From positions 1,178,001-1,242,000 of the forward strand of contig JBNJNM010000009.1 in assembly GCA_052426225.1 (NCBI GenBank): 64,000 nucleotides of DNA, written 5' to 3'. The notes beneath the pieces are model-generated. The model saw nothing but the letters and a program-made list of their open reading frames with translations, made no database searches and had not been told where the DNA came from. This stretch comes from Zancudomyces culisetae HAW-14-8 (taxonomy: Eukaryota > Fungi > Kickxellomycota). The translations under genes were made by a program, and so were the position numbers. Shown in pieces: positions 24,358-36,662 of this stretch; position 1 is the first letter of the stretch, and each line of letters starts with the position of its first letter.

Positions 24358-26358
24358 TCATAACTTTTTGCAAACATTATTTGCGCTATTAAAGCGTTTT
24401 TGAGATCTAGAATATCGCAGACCACAAGCATTGCACAGAGTTTTGTGACCATTAGGGCCACGTCTCCATTCAGGGCTGCTTGTGACACCGCAATTTTGAC
24501 ACATCTTAATAGCATCCTTTTTATGAATACGAGATTCGCCCATTTTTCCGTTACCCGTTACATAGAAATTCTTGTATATTCTGGGAGGTAATGGGGATGG
24601 GGAGGAATCAAATGAATATGAGGTGGCTATAAGATGGTTTGGAGTATGTGTGTAGGACATAGTCGTTCTGAGGTCTTTTGGTTTGCCATAATTGTACATG
24701 TGGTTGTTATCTCTATGCAGAGGTTGGTTTTGTGAACTGAGGTTGTCAACTCCATGGGGATAAACACCATCATGCTTAACCGGAGGATCGAGAATGGAAT
24801 GGTGAGTAGGAGGTAGAGGGGATCTGTATACGATAGGTGGATTTAGCGAAGGAGTGTTTCTGGTTAAAATACAATCATCCCGAGTTCCAACTCCTCGAGG
24901 ATGTAGGCGGGTTTGATCAAAGGGAACAGAGCGAACAGATGTTTGATTATCGCTGACAAAGCCATTTGTAGTTGCTGGTCTACGCAATTGAGGATAAGGA
25001 AAGGCTAAGGAAGGCGTCAGTGGTTTGGGAAAATCGTCCTTAACAAGAGCAGTTGAATATCTATTTTCGGGAACAGAGAACCTTCTTCCAGCATTTGAAC
25101 CTTCCATAGAATAAGAGTAAGTAGAGAAGCGCCTTTTAAATTTGGGTTCATCAAGATCTTCGTCTAGTAGTTGGTTCAGCCCGGGCAATCCCACTCCAGG
25201 ATGAGTGCTGCCATTTTTTGTATATTGGTTTCTTGCTGATTCGAAATCATCAGTTGCCTGCGGCTCATTCCACTTGCTTGAAGACTCAACAGCATCTGGT
25301 GTAAAAAACCTTTCAAAATTCCTTTCCTCTAGATATTGTACATTCAGGAACAGCTGAGTACCCCACATAAAGGCAATTATCTTTACAGGTATTTCCTGAC
25401 GAAATTTATCAAAAGTGGTGATTGTTGAATTTATTTGTACACTCGAATCAATTCGCTGTTTTAAGATACTGAACTCTTCTTCTAAATTTGCTGAATAAAG
25501 ATCCTGAACCTTGGTCCCAATACAGTTTCTTATTGATGTCCTGAAAAAGTTCTCAAAGGTAATCCGAGGGCAAACCGCTGCAAGTCTTTCGTCAGTTCTT
25601 CTGTAAACTTGCAGATTCCTAGAATACATCTGGTCTTTAGGTCTTTCTGTATCTGAAACTATATTTACAATTGAAGCCACTTCATTCTTCTTCTCTCTTA
25701 TACGGTACATTCCATCTTCAACAAAGTTGATATTAGCTAAATCGATATCGCTCATTTCGCCATGCACACACCTGCAGTTTGCACCATTACTTTCAAAGTG
25801 GCAAAAAACAAGAACAAGGCTTTTTGAAATTAGATACAGGCCTAAGTGCGCTACATTATATTCTCCGAAGCTGGGACTTGGATAAAAGTCATTTTCTAGT
25901 ATAGCCCTTACTCTTTTGTTCACATACATTCCTTTTGGATTTACATCTCTATTTATAAAGCTAGATGCTTGGTACGTGGGATCCTCCGGATGTTGTTCTA
26001 TTGTGCTTTGTGAAAGTGATCCTCTTCGTTCAAACATATTGTCAATGTTTGCATTCCTAAATGCTATGTTTGGTTCGGACGACCTTCGGATGTAATTTGT
26101 TTCTGCGGGACCGTCGTGATAGGGATTTTTTAACCGACAGGAGATTAGATTTCCTAATATCTGGTCACTTTCAAAAAAGTCGATCAGGTCTTTGCGGGCT
26201 CTGCTCGAATCCTCTGGATGCATATAGTCATATAGTCTGCTGTTTAATACATCCTCGTATTTCTTAAAAGAGTGATTTAGCTTGACTTCTTCTGGAACAA
26301 CGCAGAATTTTAAGGATTTTGCCTGGAGGATCGCCCAAAAACAGTTGTCACCTTCCAT
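24358..26358 (-). CDS. GATA zinc-finger transcription factor with N-terminal PAS-like region, intronless
   Basis: C-terminal CQNCGVTSSPEWRRGPNGHKTLCNACGLRY (C-x2-C-x18-C-x2-C). N-terminal PAS-type LYDYMHPEDSSRARKDL. First ATG at 26358; the track start at 26409 is TTG. Confidence 0.88.
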   Translation of the reverse strand: MEGDNCFWAILQAKSLKFCVVPEEVKLNHSFKKYEDVLNSRLYDYMHPEDSSRARKDLIDFFESDQILGNLISCRLKNPYHDGPAETNYIRRSSEPNIAFRNANIDNMFERRGSLSQSTIEQHPEDPTYQASSFINRDVNPKGMYVNKRVRAILENDFYPSPSFGEYNVAHLGLYLISKSLVLVFCHFESNGANCRCVHGEMSDIDLANINFVEDGMYRIREKKNEVASIVNIVSDTERPKDQMYSRNLQVYRRTDERLAAVCPRITFENFFRTSIRNCIGTKVQDLYSANLEEEFSILKQRIDSSVQINSTITTFDKFRQEIPVKIIAFMWGTQLFLNVQYLEERNFERFFTPDAVESSSKWNEPQATDDFESARNQYTKNGSTHPGVGLPGLNQLLDEDLDEPKFKRRFSTYSYSMEGSNAGRRFSVPENRYSTALVKDDFPKPLTPSLAFPYPQLRRPATTNGFVSDNQTSVRSVPFDQTRLHPRGVGTRDDCILTRNTPSLNPPIVYRSPLPPTHHSILDPPVKHDGVYPHGVDNLSSQNQPLHRDNNHMYNYGKPKDLRTTMSYTHTPNHLIATSYSFDSSPSPLPPRIYKNFYVTGNGKMGESRIHKKDAIKMCQNCGVTSSPEWRRGPNGHKTLCNACGLRYSRSQKRFNSANNVCKKL

Positions 26359-29300
26359 ATTTTGTTGTTTGAATGAGTGGTTATATATCTGCTTTCCACG
26401 CGTAGCCAAATAAAAATATTTAGCAATGTCTGTTTGAATTTATTACACAGTACAACGATGGTAGGAAATCAAAAAAAAACAAGATTATTGATTTGAATTT
26501 CGCTTTTACTTTGGAACTTCCCTACACTAGTACTTTGATGCTGAGTTTGACCAAGAAGAAAGAGATAAAAACAAAACAACGGTATTGATTGATTGCACAC
26601 AGGTATATATTATAGTATTGGTACTCGAGTGTCTGGAATGCGCCTATCGTTTACGTCTAGTGGCGATCTTATTTCTGTATACAAATGCCGTGATTTATAT
26701 TTGGTGTTGTTTAATGTGACTTGCAAGTAGCTGGTTTATTTTTTTATTTGATTACTTTATGGAAATATATATAAGATGGTTTTATTCCAAATCGATTCTG
26801 TGATTATAAACGCTTTGAGACGCGGCCTTCGACTTTGTAAGTATTGTCGCTTTCTTTATTTATTTGGCTTTAATTACCCCCCTCCTTTAATCATCCGATA
26901 GTTGTATATCGTCAAGATATCTGTTTTGAATAAGATTAAAATTGTGCGTATTTACTTTGAAGGAGGAACCCCTTTAAATTGTACACGTTAAAGTTGAAAT
27001 ATAACCTCTTAAACAGTGTGATGCTTATTGTAAAAGCGTTGTATTACGAAACTTTATAAAGGACCAAAAATAGGAATAGAATACAGCCGATGATTTTACA
27101 AGCTAGGGGCCGAAATACAAAAAAAAATTTTCTCCTTCAGGTTTAGGAATCGTGACTCCCGAGTTAGTCAGGAACTTGCGAAAATACTGTGTATTGAAAT
27201 CAATGAAATTTGGAAAACCAACGTGAATTGAACAAATTGGTGAGGGGAAGGGAAGGGAGAAACAAAAAAAAGTGAATACCTTTTCACGAGAAAAAAGGTG
27301 TGTTTACCTCAACTTTGATTAAAAAATTTGCCGAATTTTTAGTAATAAAGTGCTATCAAATCTCTTAGTCAATATTGGAAGGAGGATAGGTAGATAAGAA
27401 ATGTTATGTAAGCATTAGTGTTTGTTAAACAAAAGTGTGAAGCATAATCGTTTTACCCAATAAACGAAATGGCCTCGATCAATAATCTACGTGATCTTTT
27501 TAAATAAATCCAAGTAGCCAGTAGAAACCTAGTAATCGGTTTTTATAATTATCGTTCACATTTCGCAGTGTATATTGCCCTAAAACTAATGCAAAGTTGA
27601 TGTTGTGGATAAACATCAATAGTACGATTTTTAAGATGACAAATAGTCATTCCATTTTATTATTTTGGATCAAAAAAGTTAAATTGGGAAAACAAGAAAT
27701 AAGCGGGTAGGGACAAAGGCAGGGTAAAGGCAAGACAAAAACAGAAATAATAAACGGAAAATATAAAAAGAGCAATTTTAGCAAACTCTACAAAGAGACC
27801 AATTGTGAGCCTCTAGATGTGGGTAGGGTTACGTAACGTTTGGCTGCTACCCGCTTGAATAAAATACAAGTGGTGAGAATACACTATATGCCTGGTTTAT
27901 AACAACACACATTCCCAATGCTTTTACCTGAATAAAAGTTCACTTTTTTGTTGTTTTTTGTGAATTTCCAACAGGAAAAGCTGAAAACTTCTTCGGAGAT
28001 GTTGGAAAATGAAGGCGAGAGGACAGGCAAGCAAATCTGCAAAAAAACATATATTTTTATGCATAAATTGGAGAAATTGTAATTTGGATCAAGAGCCGAT
28101 TGATAGACAATCTTCCAGTTTCCCAAATGACCACATTTCGGATCTTCAGAAAGTGGTGCGAAATTTTTGCATCTTTTTTTTTTGAAACTATTCGTCCAAT
28201 AAAAGAGTTTTCTTGGGTATCTAGTACACATCAGTGAACCAACTTCTGTTAGAAAATTGACCTTGTCAAACATATAATAAAAGTATACTGGGTAAATATT
28301 TGTGAACAAAGTTCACAAAGCCCATCACATTTAGAAATATTATATTGAACTTTTCGTTGATTATACGCAACATAATTTGTTGCACAATCCTGCTCATTAT
28401 CAATTTACCTGCTTTTAACATGAAATTAAATAATATATTTTAAATTTTTTTTATTAGAATTAGATAATTCAAAACGATGCTCTTTGTAAAAAGTAGCGAA
28501 TCTGAACGACCATTTGGTGATTATTTTAGCCTTTTTCCTTGTAAAAAGCAATTTGCAAATTTAGATTTCTCAAAAAGCCCTATTGTGTGTGAATAGTGAG
28601 TACGTGTTATTTTTATTTCTTTCTCTGTATCAGAATTCCTAATTGATTGGGAAAATCAACTAAATTTAAAACATTGTGCATTTCAAAAGAATCAAAGGCG
28701 TACAAAACTATTAAATCGGTAAAACGCGATCTTTAGCTGCAGTTAGCGTAAAGTTAGGAATGAACGATTAAAATCTTAATTTTTTTGTCCCGCACGGATG
28801 ATTTCCGCGGTAGGAGGTTCTTTTGAACTTTTATATCAGGTATTTGCAGAAACGGATGAAAAACAACATATTTTAGAACAAAACTATATATCCTGTACTC
28901 ATGCTATTTGGCCTAAATATTTTACGTGGTATTTATTTTACTGTTTGCGCATATTGTTCGTTATAAGCTAGAGGTAGCCCCTGAATATTAAAGCAATAAA
29001 AAAAAGTGTCCGAATAGATATTGGTTATAATCCACTGTAATGATTCAGCCTCAATCTCGCTAATCCTCGTATTTTTTATACACGGTGTCATATGAGCATG
29101 AAACAGGCAGGCTTAACTTGCATTTGGTGTTTTGATCGTATTTCATTAACTTTGTTGCAATACATCCTTCTTTTTTTTTATGGAGATGGCGATTGCTTGT
29201 GCTTTAAAGGAAGATTGTGCGAAGTATCTTTGCGGCTTATTTTTGCTTTTTAATTTAAGATAATGACCTGTACTATATAAGCCTGGCAACTTTGCCTTAC

Positions 29301-29712
29301 ATGTGTTTTATAGCCTTATATAAACTCAAGCTTTCCACTTAATAGACAAAATTCAGAAAAGTGAGCTAAAAGTCTTTTTTACTTGAGATTGTGAAACAAA
29401 AGTAAATCTTTGCTTCTTTAAACGTCATCGCTCAGAAAAATAATGTCATGAACCTAGAGTTAGGTAAATCTAGTGCTGGTTTCTGGCCTTTATTATCGAA
29501 ATCGTGTCTTGAGAACCGGCTGTTTGCATTAAAAAAACGCTAAAATTCCTAATTAGGTTATATTACAATTCAGTACAAATAGTACCAGAAATTTTTAATG
29601 AAAAAAAGGATATTTTTATTTATTGTCAGTAGAAAGGCGAAAAACAAAAAAAAATGCATTGAATGGAGTTCATAACAATAAAATATATTAACACCCACGT
29701 TATCTCAAGAGC

Positions 29713-30993
29713 TTAAATAGACACATATTGTGCAATAAGATTTGTCGTATCTTTGGGTGTGCTGGTAGCTGCAGCTTTCGAGGTATCGATCAAGTACTGC
29801 TTGATCTGAGCTGGTGTTGCTGTAGGATTTTTTTCCAAATAGAGTGCAACAAGGCCTGTAACAATAGGCGCTGCGACTGAGGTTCCGCTGCTTGGGATAA
29901 AACTTACATCGTCTGAACTGATTGGACGCAAAATAAGTTCACCGGGTGCAGAAAGTGTGATGCAACTACCCATGTTGGAGAATTTTGAGTATTTGTCGCT
30001 ATCATTAGAAATTGCACCTACTACCACAGAATCTGACACGGATGATGGACTGATATTGCAGGCATCAATCCCTGTGTTTCCTGCTGCAACTATCACCTGT
30101 AGCCCACTGCTAATCATTGCCGCGACGCTGTCATCCATTGAATTACTGTGTGAAGACTCAAGGCCTACTGACATGTTAACAATCGAAGGCTTCTTGCCTC
30201 CATTAACATAGTCGTCCATAACCCATTGAATTCCCTTAAGAACTGTAGATACTGATCCTGAAGTATTGTCGATAACCTTAATCGACTTGAGCGTGGCATC
30301 CTTCGCCACACCTGTTCTTTTTCCTCCCACAACGCCCGCAACGCCTGTACCATGTCCTCTTTCATCTACTGATTTGTCTGATGAAACAAAGGCTACCTGA
30401 TCGGCAACTCTACCTTCAAAATCCATATGTGTGGCTCTAATACCACTATCTATCAAGTAAACGGTAACACCCTTTCCAGTTTCAGATACTTTATAATCCA
30501 CATCATATACATTTAATTCTCTGTCATTTTTTTCCTTATTCAGTCTTCCCAACCCCCATGGGGCAAACTTTTGATATACATGGATTGTAATGTCCATGTC
30601 CTCTTCTATGTATGCCACCTCATCTTGGTTAGACACGAGGTTGATCGTGTCTGCAGATAAAGTTGCAGTATACCCAGCAAAGTTATTTCCAATGAGATAT
30701 GTACTATGTAACTTCTCAGACTCTCCATTACTCGCAAAGTTTGCTACTAACGATCTGTTTATTATATTGTTAAGAAAGCCCACACTTTTGTTCAAAGACT
30801 GGCTCAGATCTTTACGCTGGTCTCGTTTTGAAACTGTGCTACCCCTTAATATGACATTGAATCTTTTCTTATCCGTAGGAGCTGCTCTAAGGGTGGCTTT
30901 GTTGTAAGTGATTTTGGCCGGTCCACCGGTTCTTGCTGATGATACCAGTCCAAAGAGTGTGCATATCATAAATAACTGAAGATCGATCCTCAT
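29713..30993 (-). CDS. Secreted subtilisin-like serine protease (S8A, proteinase K-like) with I9 propeptide
   Basis: Signal peptide; propeptide FAGYTATLS..VAYIEED; APWGLGRL; catalytic triad VYLIDSG / HGTGVAG / SGTSVAAP; oxyanion VAAGN. Confidence 0.95.
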   Translation of the reverse strand: MRIDLQLFMICTLFGLVSSARTGGPAKITYNKATLRAAPTDKKRFNVILRGSTVSKRDQRKDLSQSLNKSVGFLNNIINRSLVANFASNGESEKLHSTYLIGNNFAGYTATLSADTINLVSNQDEVAYIEEDMDITIHVYQKFAPWGLGRLNKEKNDRELNVYDVDYKVSETGKGVTVYLIDSGIRATHMDFEGRVADQVAFVSSDKSVDERGHGTGVAGVVGGKRTGVAKDATLKSIKVIDNTSGSVSTVLKGIQWVMDDYVNGGKKPSIVNMSVGLESSHSNSMDDSVAAMISSGLQVIVAAGNTGIDACNISPSSVSDSVVVGAISNDSDKYSKFSNMGSCITLSAPGELILRPISSDDVSFIPSSGTSVAAPIVTGLVALYLEKNPTATPAQIKQYLIDTSKAAATSTPKDTTNLIAQYVSI

Positions 30994-31651
30994 ATTTTCT
31001 TTATATATTCGTTATTGGTTGTTGGTTATTAACTTTGGAATATCGTTTGTGAGTTTTGTTGAGGTATCTATTATGCTTATTACCAATGCAAATTGTTGTA
31101 CTTATTATATTCTTGAGCACGCTTATGTATATACTCTGGTTCTTCGAGCTATCAAATACTCATATACAAAGAATTTTTTTTTTTTTAGGAGGAAATGGTT
31201 AGAATAGCTTGAAGTGAGATGTTCTGTTAATTATTTTTATACATGTTATATTTTTGTTTATCCAATCATTATGTGATAGGTTCTTTTGTCGTTTCTATTT
31301 TTTCAGCTTTTCGCAATAGCGGTTAGCTAGAATGGGATTATTGTACTAAAAATAGAATTCTAAATACAGCTAGCCATAAAATTATAACCCATCTCTTGGA
31401 CAAGTAGGGTATATGCATGGATTTGGTTTCGGAAATTAAGTAATTGCATATGTAATTATAACCATACATTATTTCTAGGAGCATCCGATGTATTGGCTTT
31501 TTTGTTTTCAAGTTAGATAAGGTACAAATGCTATTTCCGAAATGGATATTGGAGTACTGCCTAAAAGCAGCACAAACAAATTCACTAGCGAACTTATCTG
31601 AACACAGTGTATAGGGCAAATGGTTATGTAAAAATTAGGGAGTGTGGGATA

Positions 31652-31692
31652 GGAAATATGGAAATATGGAAATATAGAAATATAGAAATAGA
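31652..31692. repeat. 8-bp tandem repeat (GGAAATAT/AGAAATAT, about 5 copies)
   Basis: ggaaatatggaaatatggaaatatagaaatatagaaatagag. Confidence 0.7.
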
Positions 31693-32994
31693 GAGAAGGA
31701 AAAAGGCTCGTTCAAAAACACATCAAGTTTACTTAATTCCGGGTACAGACATTCGTAGGATGTGTTTTGATTGTTGGGAATGTATTGATGGCTATTTCAG
31801 CTTTAAATATTGATCTAACGCTTAAACATCCTATTTGTTTTTTGTAGATAACTAAATATTACACTAACGGGATTTACCAATATACATGCTCGCTTTTCCG
31901 TGTTATAGAAAATATTAGTTTTCATCACTTTCTCTAATCAAACAGTGATGTGGGCAAAAGAGAAAAAAAATGTGCTTGATATGAGATAGTAAAAGATGTT
32001 TTCTAGTTCCAAAATGTGTAAATTAGAGCGAGCTGTATAAACCTGACACACATCTACACCATTGGTATTAAATAGTATAAGCTAACATATTTTTACAGAC
32101 TATATAGCTAATCAAGGTCATCAAATCCTCAAAAAATATATCATTAACCTTTCCTGAACAAAATAGTAAAAAAGAGATGGTCTTAAATACTTTCCACATT
32201 ATACCATACAAATCGTTTGAGTTTAGGAGTGTAGTTGGCGATTGTTTTATATGAATGTTCCGAAATACGGCTAAGCACTAATAGTAATTGAAGACATTTA
32301 TAGTTGATTTATACTCTCAGGAATGATAAATGGGGGGGGGAGCAAGGGTATAAAAACCAGATAAAAATGTTTTGACTATTGTGATACAATGGTGTTCAAA
32401 TAGAAAGGTGTGACTTCAAAGACATTCTAGTGTTCAAAAGGCTTTACTGTTACTGCAAGACAGCACAATTTCGATAATATATGCATATATGCATATATCT
32501 ATGATCTCTATATTAATCTGGAGGCATTGAGTGGAATTTGTAGGGTAGATGGAGGAATAAAAATAACAAAAAACAAAAATCTAAGCCAAAATAACAAGTA
32601 GATGGTGTATGTAAATTTGCGAGGGATTTGATTACCCAACCAATTCAAGCCTCCCTCCTACATTTCCTAACCCCTCTTCTTTCCATTTCTCTTGAGCTTT
32701 TTTTTTCTTTTTTTTTTTTCCAATTTTCCAATAAATAATTGAACCGAAGCTTGAATGTGCTTAAAAAATTTTTTTTTTATTTGATACAAGACTAGCCCTC
32801 AGATTAACAATTTCATAATAATTCCACAACAGTAGTTGGTAGTAAAAACAATGAAAAGATATTGAAATCATTATTTTTGATATCCATTTTTTTTTACGCT
32901 ATCACTATTTCAAGAGCAAAAATACTAAAGAATTCTATTATTTTTGTAGATTTCAAAAAAAAAATTTAGAATTAAAAAGTATTATCTCAGAACA

Positions 32995-33920
32995 ATGTTT
33001 GGAAGAATCTTTAAAACAAGCAATTCCTTGAAAAGCAGAATCCTGGTCAGAAGATTTGCCAACGAGGCAGCCAATGCTACCAAGGGTAAGCCCTATGCCA
33101 TCTATTTTCTTTATTGTTATTTTGATTTGTCGTACAATTCAAGCTGAAAAGAGCAAACGCCATTTAGAATAACACAGGTTTTGAGCATTCTATGAAGGAT
33201 GCCATCGTGTATAAACTGTATGCGTATATGTTAATGCATTTAGTCGATCGAAATATACTTTGAATAAGCAACTAATGAATATTCTACAAATGTAGATGCC
33301 AAAAGCAAAGTCAGCGAAATCAGCAAAGCTGCAGCATACGGAGTAAGCACTGGAATAAGTAAGTATGAAAAAAATAAACAATCAAGACAAATCCTAGCCA
33401 TTTGATACACATGAAAACACGATCAATATTGAATGAAAATGAAAAAAGGGTATAAATTAAATACGTAATATTTCATTCACAAATTAGAACTTCTTCCAAG
33501 CAGAATCTCTGGACCTATACAAAAAGTAGTTTGTAAGTAGAATATAATAACGCTTGATACCAAATATTCAAAAATCGATATTGTGTTGTATTTTAAATTC
33601 GATATAAATACATGTTTACTGGAATACAATTAGGTGGAGTCAACTTTGTCATTGAAGAGGTAAAGCTAGTGTACAATGTCGGAAAGCAAGTACTGAAATA
33701 CCAAGGATACAGAATCCCAACCAAGGCCGATCTCTTGGAAGCCAAGGAATTTATTCTAAAGATGGAGAAATCAGCGTCAGTAAGCAACATAGTTCAAGCA
33801 GCCAAGAACATCCCAAAGAACTCATGGAAAAGGGGTGCATTGATTTCAGCTGAATTGGCTGGATTGTTTGTAATTGGCGAACAGCTTGGTAGAGGCAACC
33901 TTATCGGATACAAGGATTAA
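32995..33920 (+). CDS. ATP20: Mitochondrial ATP synthase subunit g, 4 exons
   Basis: Exon 1 encodes an Arg-rich presequence (MFGRIFKTSNSLKSRILVRRFAN). Last exon KQVLKYQGYRIPT...AELAGLFVIGEQLGRGNLIGY carries the subunit-g GExxGR motif. Exons splice in frame. Confidence 0.88.
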
Positions 33921-34426
33921 AAATCCTTTATAATATATTTTGTTTTGATTCCACAGTAGTTTTTCATTTTTTTTTCTTGTTTTGCTCATGTTTTTTATTT
34001 CATTATATCTAATGGAATCTACATCGAGGAGAGTATATAAAAATGTTGAAGATAATGTCTCTAAAAAAAGTATTATTTTTGATATAAAGGAACCTTGATA
34101 GTTTATGGGTTTAGTTGATTGTGGAGTTTATAATTTGGGTTGAAGAGTGTGTTTAAACAAAGTAATCAAGTCTTTTGGTGAGAGAGAGGAGTTCAAAAAC
34201 GATACAATGTGATGGATATAAAAATGAGTGATAAAAATAAGCTGATACTAATAAAAAACAAGAAGCTGAGAGGAGGAGGGAAAAGGAAGTTACAGATAAA
34301 ATTATAAGATTTATTTAAAAGTACCATGGTGATTACAAACCTAGTCGCAGAACAAAATGACAAAGAAAGAATGGAGAAAAATAGAATACAAACGGCGAGA
34401 TAGTAACAAGCCAAAGTGAGTGAAAT

Positions 34427-35104
34427 CTATGAATACCGCTTAACAAGAAATGAGGCAGAGATATGTTGTTTATCGCCACGTAACCACGAAAAGTAATTAT
34501 TTCTATATTCAACGCACGATGCAAACAAGCGTCGCTCAGATTCATCAAAATAGTCGACATATCCACGCTCCATTTCCGCACCTGCGGCAGTATTAGATAG
34601 TAGCACGAGCCGTTGAAGGCGGTTGAGAAAAATGAGAGACAGAAACTGCGAGAGATTTGGCGAAAGTTCTACAAAACGCTCCGCAAATTTGTAAAAAAAG
34701 GGTGAGATTGATCGAAGGTTCGCAATTTCGGCGTCTAAAAAGATAAAATTTGATGGATGGGCTGTTGATGTGGGATTGCCAGTAGAGTTAAGAAGTGCTG
34801 AGGACGAAGCTTGAGTACTGGAATTGGAAGCACCAGAATTGGGTGTCGAAGACGCTATCGACGCTAGTAATCGCTTTTGGGTAGTCTTGGAAAAACAAGG
34901 TGGAATACTCATCCGGACATACTCCTCGGCATCTAGTGGATCAGCAAGCCAGAATGGAAGAGGAAGCTTTTGTGATTGGGGGTGTTTGCTCGGGTTGTTG
35001 TGTACGTCAAAGGATAGCCCGACGAGCGTTTGAATTGTTGTGCAGGGCACTTGTTGTTGCACGCATAAAATGTCGTCGATGTCGTAGTAATCTCGTGAAT
35101 TCAT
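34427..35104 (-). CDS. PSF3: GINS complex subunit Psf3
   Basis: YYDIDDIL..QQVPCT, KLPLPFWLA, IPPCFS, NLRSISPFFYKF and FDESERRLF match the Psf3 pattern. Confidence 0.88.
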   Translation of the reverse strand: MNSRDYYDIDDILCVQQQVPCTTIQTLVGLSFDVHNNPSKHPQSQKLPLPFWLADPLDAEEYVRMSIPPCFSKTTQKRLLASIASSTPNSGASNSSTQASSSALLNSTGNPTSTAHPSNFIFLDAEIANLRSISPFFYKFAERFVELSPNLSQFLSLIFLNRLQRLVLLSNTAAGAEMERGYVDYFDESERRLFASCVEYRNNYFSWLRGDKQHISASFLVKRYS

Positions 35105-36662
35105 GGGTATTTCAACAATGGTTGCTGTTTTAATACTAGTAGCGGTAAATTGTGGTTGCTAAATGACTGGAATAGACGCGTTTATATTCAAATGGATATT
35201 ATAAAAAAAAAGTACTGCTTGTTAGTGTGGTTAATATTAAAAGAATAGTATTAGGACTCGAGTATTTATGTATTTAAATGATATTGGTATATAGTTACAA
35301 GTGGATAAATTTTGCTATTGTAAATAAAAACTAAACGTGTATAGCAAATGAATAGATGTAAATGTTCGTGATAATAATTTATTTTTTATTTTCAGTTTAT
35401 AGCTTTTAGTTGGATAGGAAAAAGTGAATAAGAGAATTAAATAATGCAAAAATTTAGTTGGATCAAAAAACCAGAACCAAAACCAAAACCAAAAATAAAA
35501 ATAAAAAAGCAAGTGGTACAAAAAATTATTGCATCTAAAAAGTAAACAAACAAAAAAATAATTATGCCAATCAAAAAATAAATAGTTGAGATCAACGCGC
35601 TTAGTGAGTTCCCAGTATCAAGACAAAAGAGTAGCATGAATATATAACAATTTTTGCAATTTAAATGTATTATTGCCAAAGAAAAATAAAAATACAAGAG
35701 TTGAATATTCCGATGATATTATAAAACATTTAGAGAAATGAGAATCGATGTATTACCAATATTATATGGTAAGAAATATGTTGGAAATGGCCCAGAAATA
35801 ATACTTTAATATTATCTATAGTTAGTCGATATATTTTCTCTCAAGCAAAACATAAAGTACAAACCAAGTTGTATCTAGTAATGTTTATTGTAATTTAAAA
35901 GTAATAGAGAGTGTAATGTATGAGCTATAGAGTTATTAGATGTGTAAAACAAATAAACGAATACTTGGGGAGGTTGAGGAGGGAGAAAAGAAGAAAAAAA
36001 AAAGAAAAAAAGAGAAAGGAAAAAAACATATTTGGTAGGTTTCCTGATTTGGTTGGATCTCATAAAAGTTGCAAGAAGATATGAACTACTTTGTTTCTTG
36101 GTGATACTGGTATTAAAAATCATAGCAACTACCATAAGTGGGGGGGGGGTTATCAATATTAGCAATTAACAATGTCGATAATAAAATGGAATTTTGGTCA
36201 CACTGGTAGGTTGAATAATTTAGTACATGGATAGATAATAATATTAAAAAAATCATGGTTTGTTTTCGATCCACTTTGTATTTTTCATATACTTTATATA
36301 TTTGATTTGCTATTTATTTATTTGAGTTTTAAAAAAAATAGTAAAAAAAAATTTTATAGATTAATTACAAGAAATGAAATTATTCAATCAAACTTAACCA
36401 AACCAAACCTAAAAAAAAATAAAAATTGGTGGTGAAAAAATAAAATAAAAATGAAATAGAAATTAGTACAACAGCAATAATAATAATAAATAAATAAAGT
36501 ATATAGGAAAATAAAGGGGACTTTCAAGAGATTATTAGAGTCTAATAGAATTAAATATATACCGAACTAAAAAAAAAGAGAGAGAGAAAATAAAATACGT
36601 TTATATACAAATGACAAGGTGGAAGTAATAAGGAAGCGAGTAAAAAAGCATAGAATCGAAAA

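Noticed and set aside
25760-25790. GANCRCVH in the GATA factor resembles the LOV signature GxNCRFLQ
   Set aside because: Lacks FLQ and the surrounding LOV context, and lies after rather than within the PAS core.
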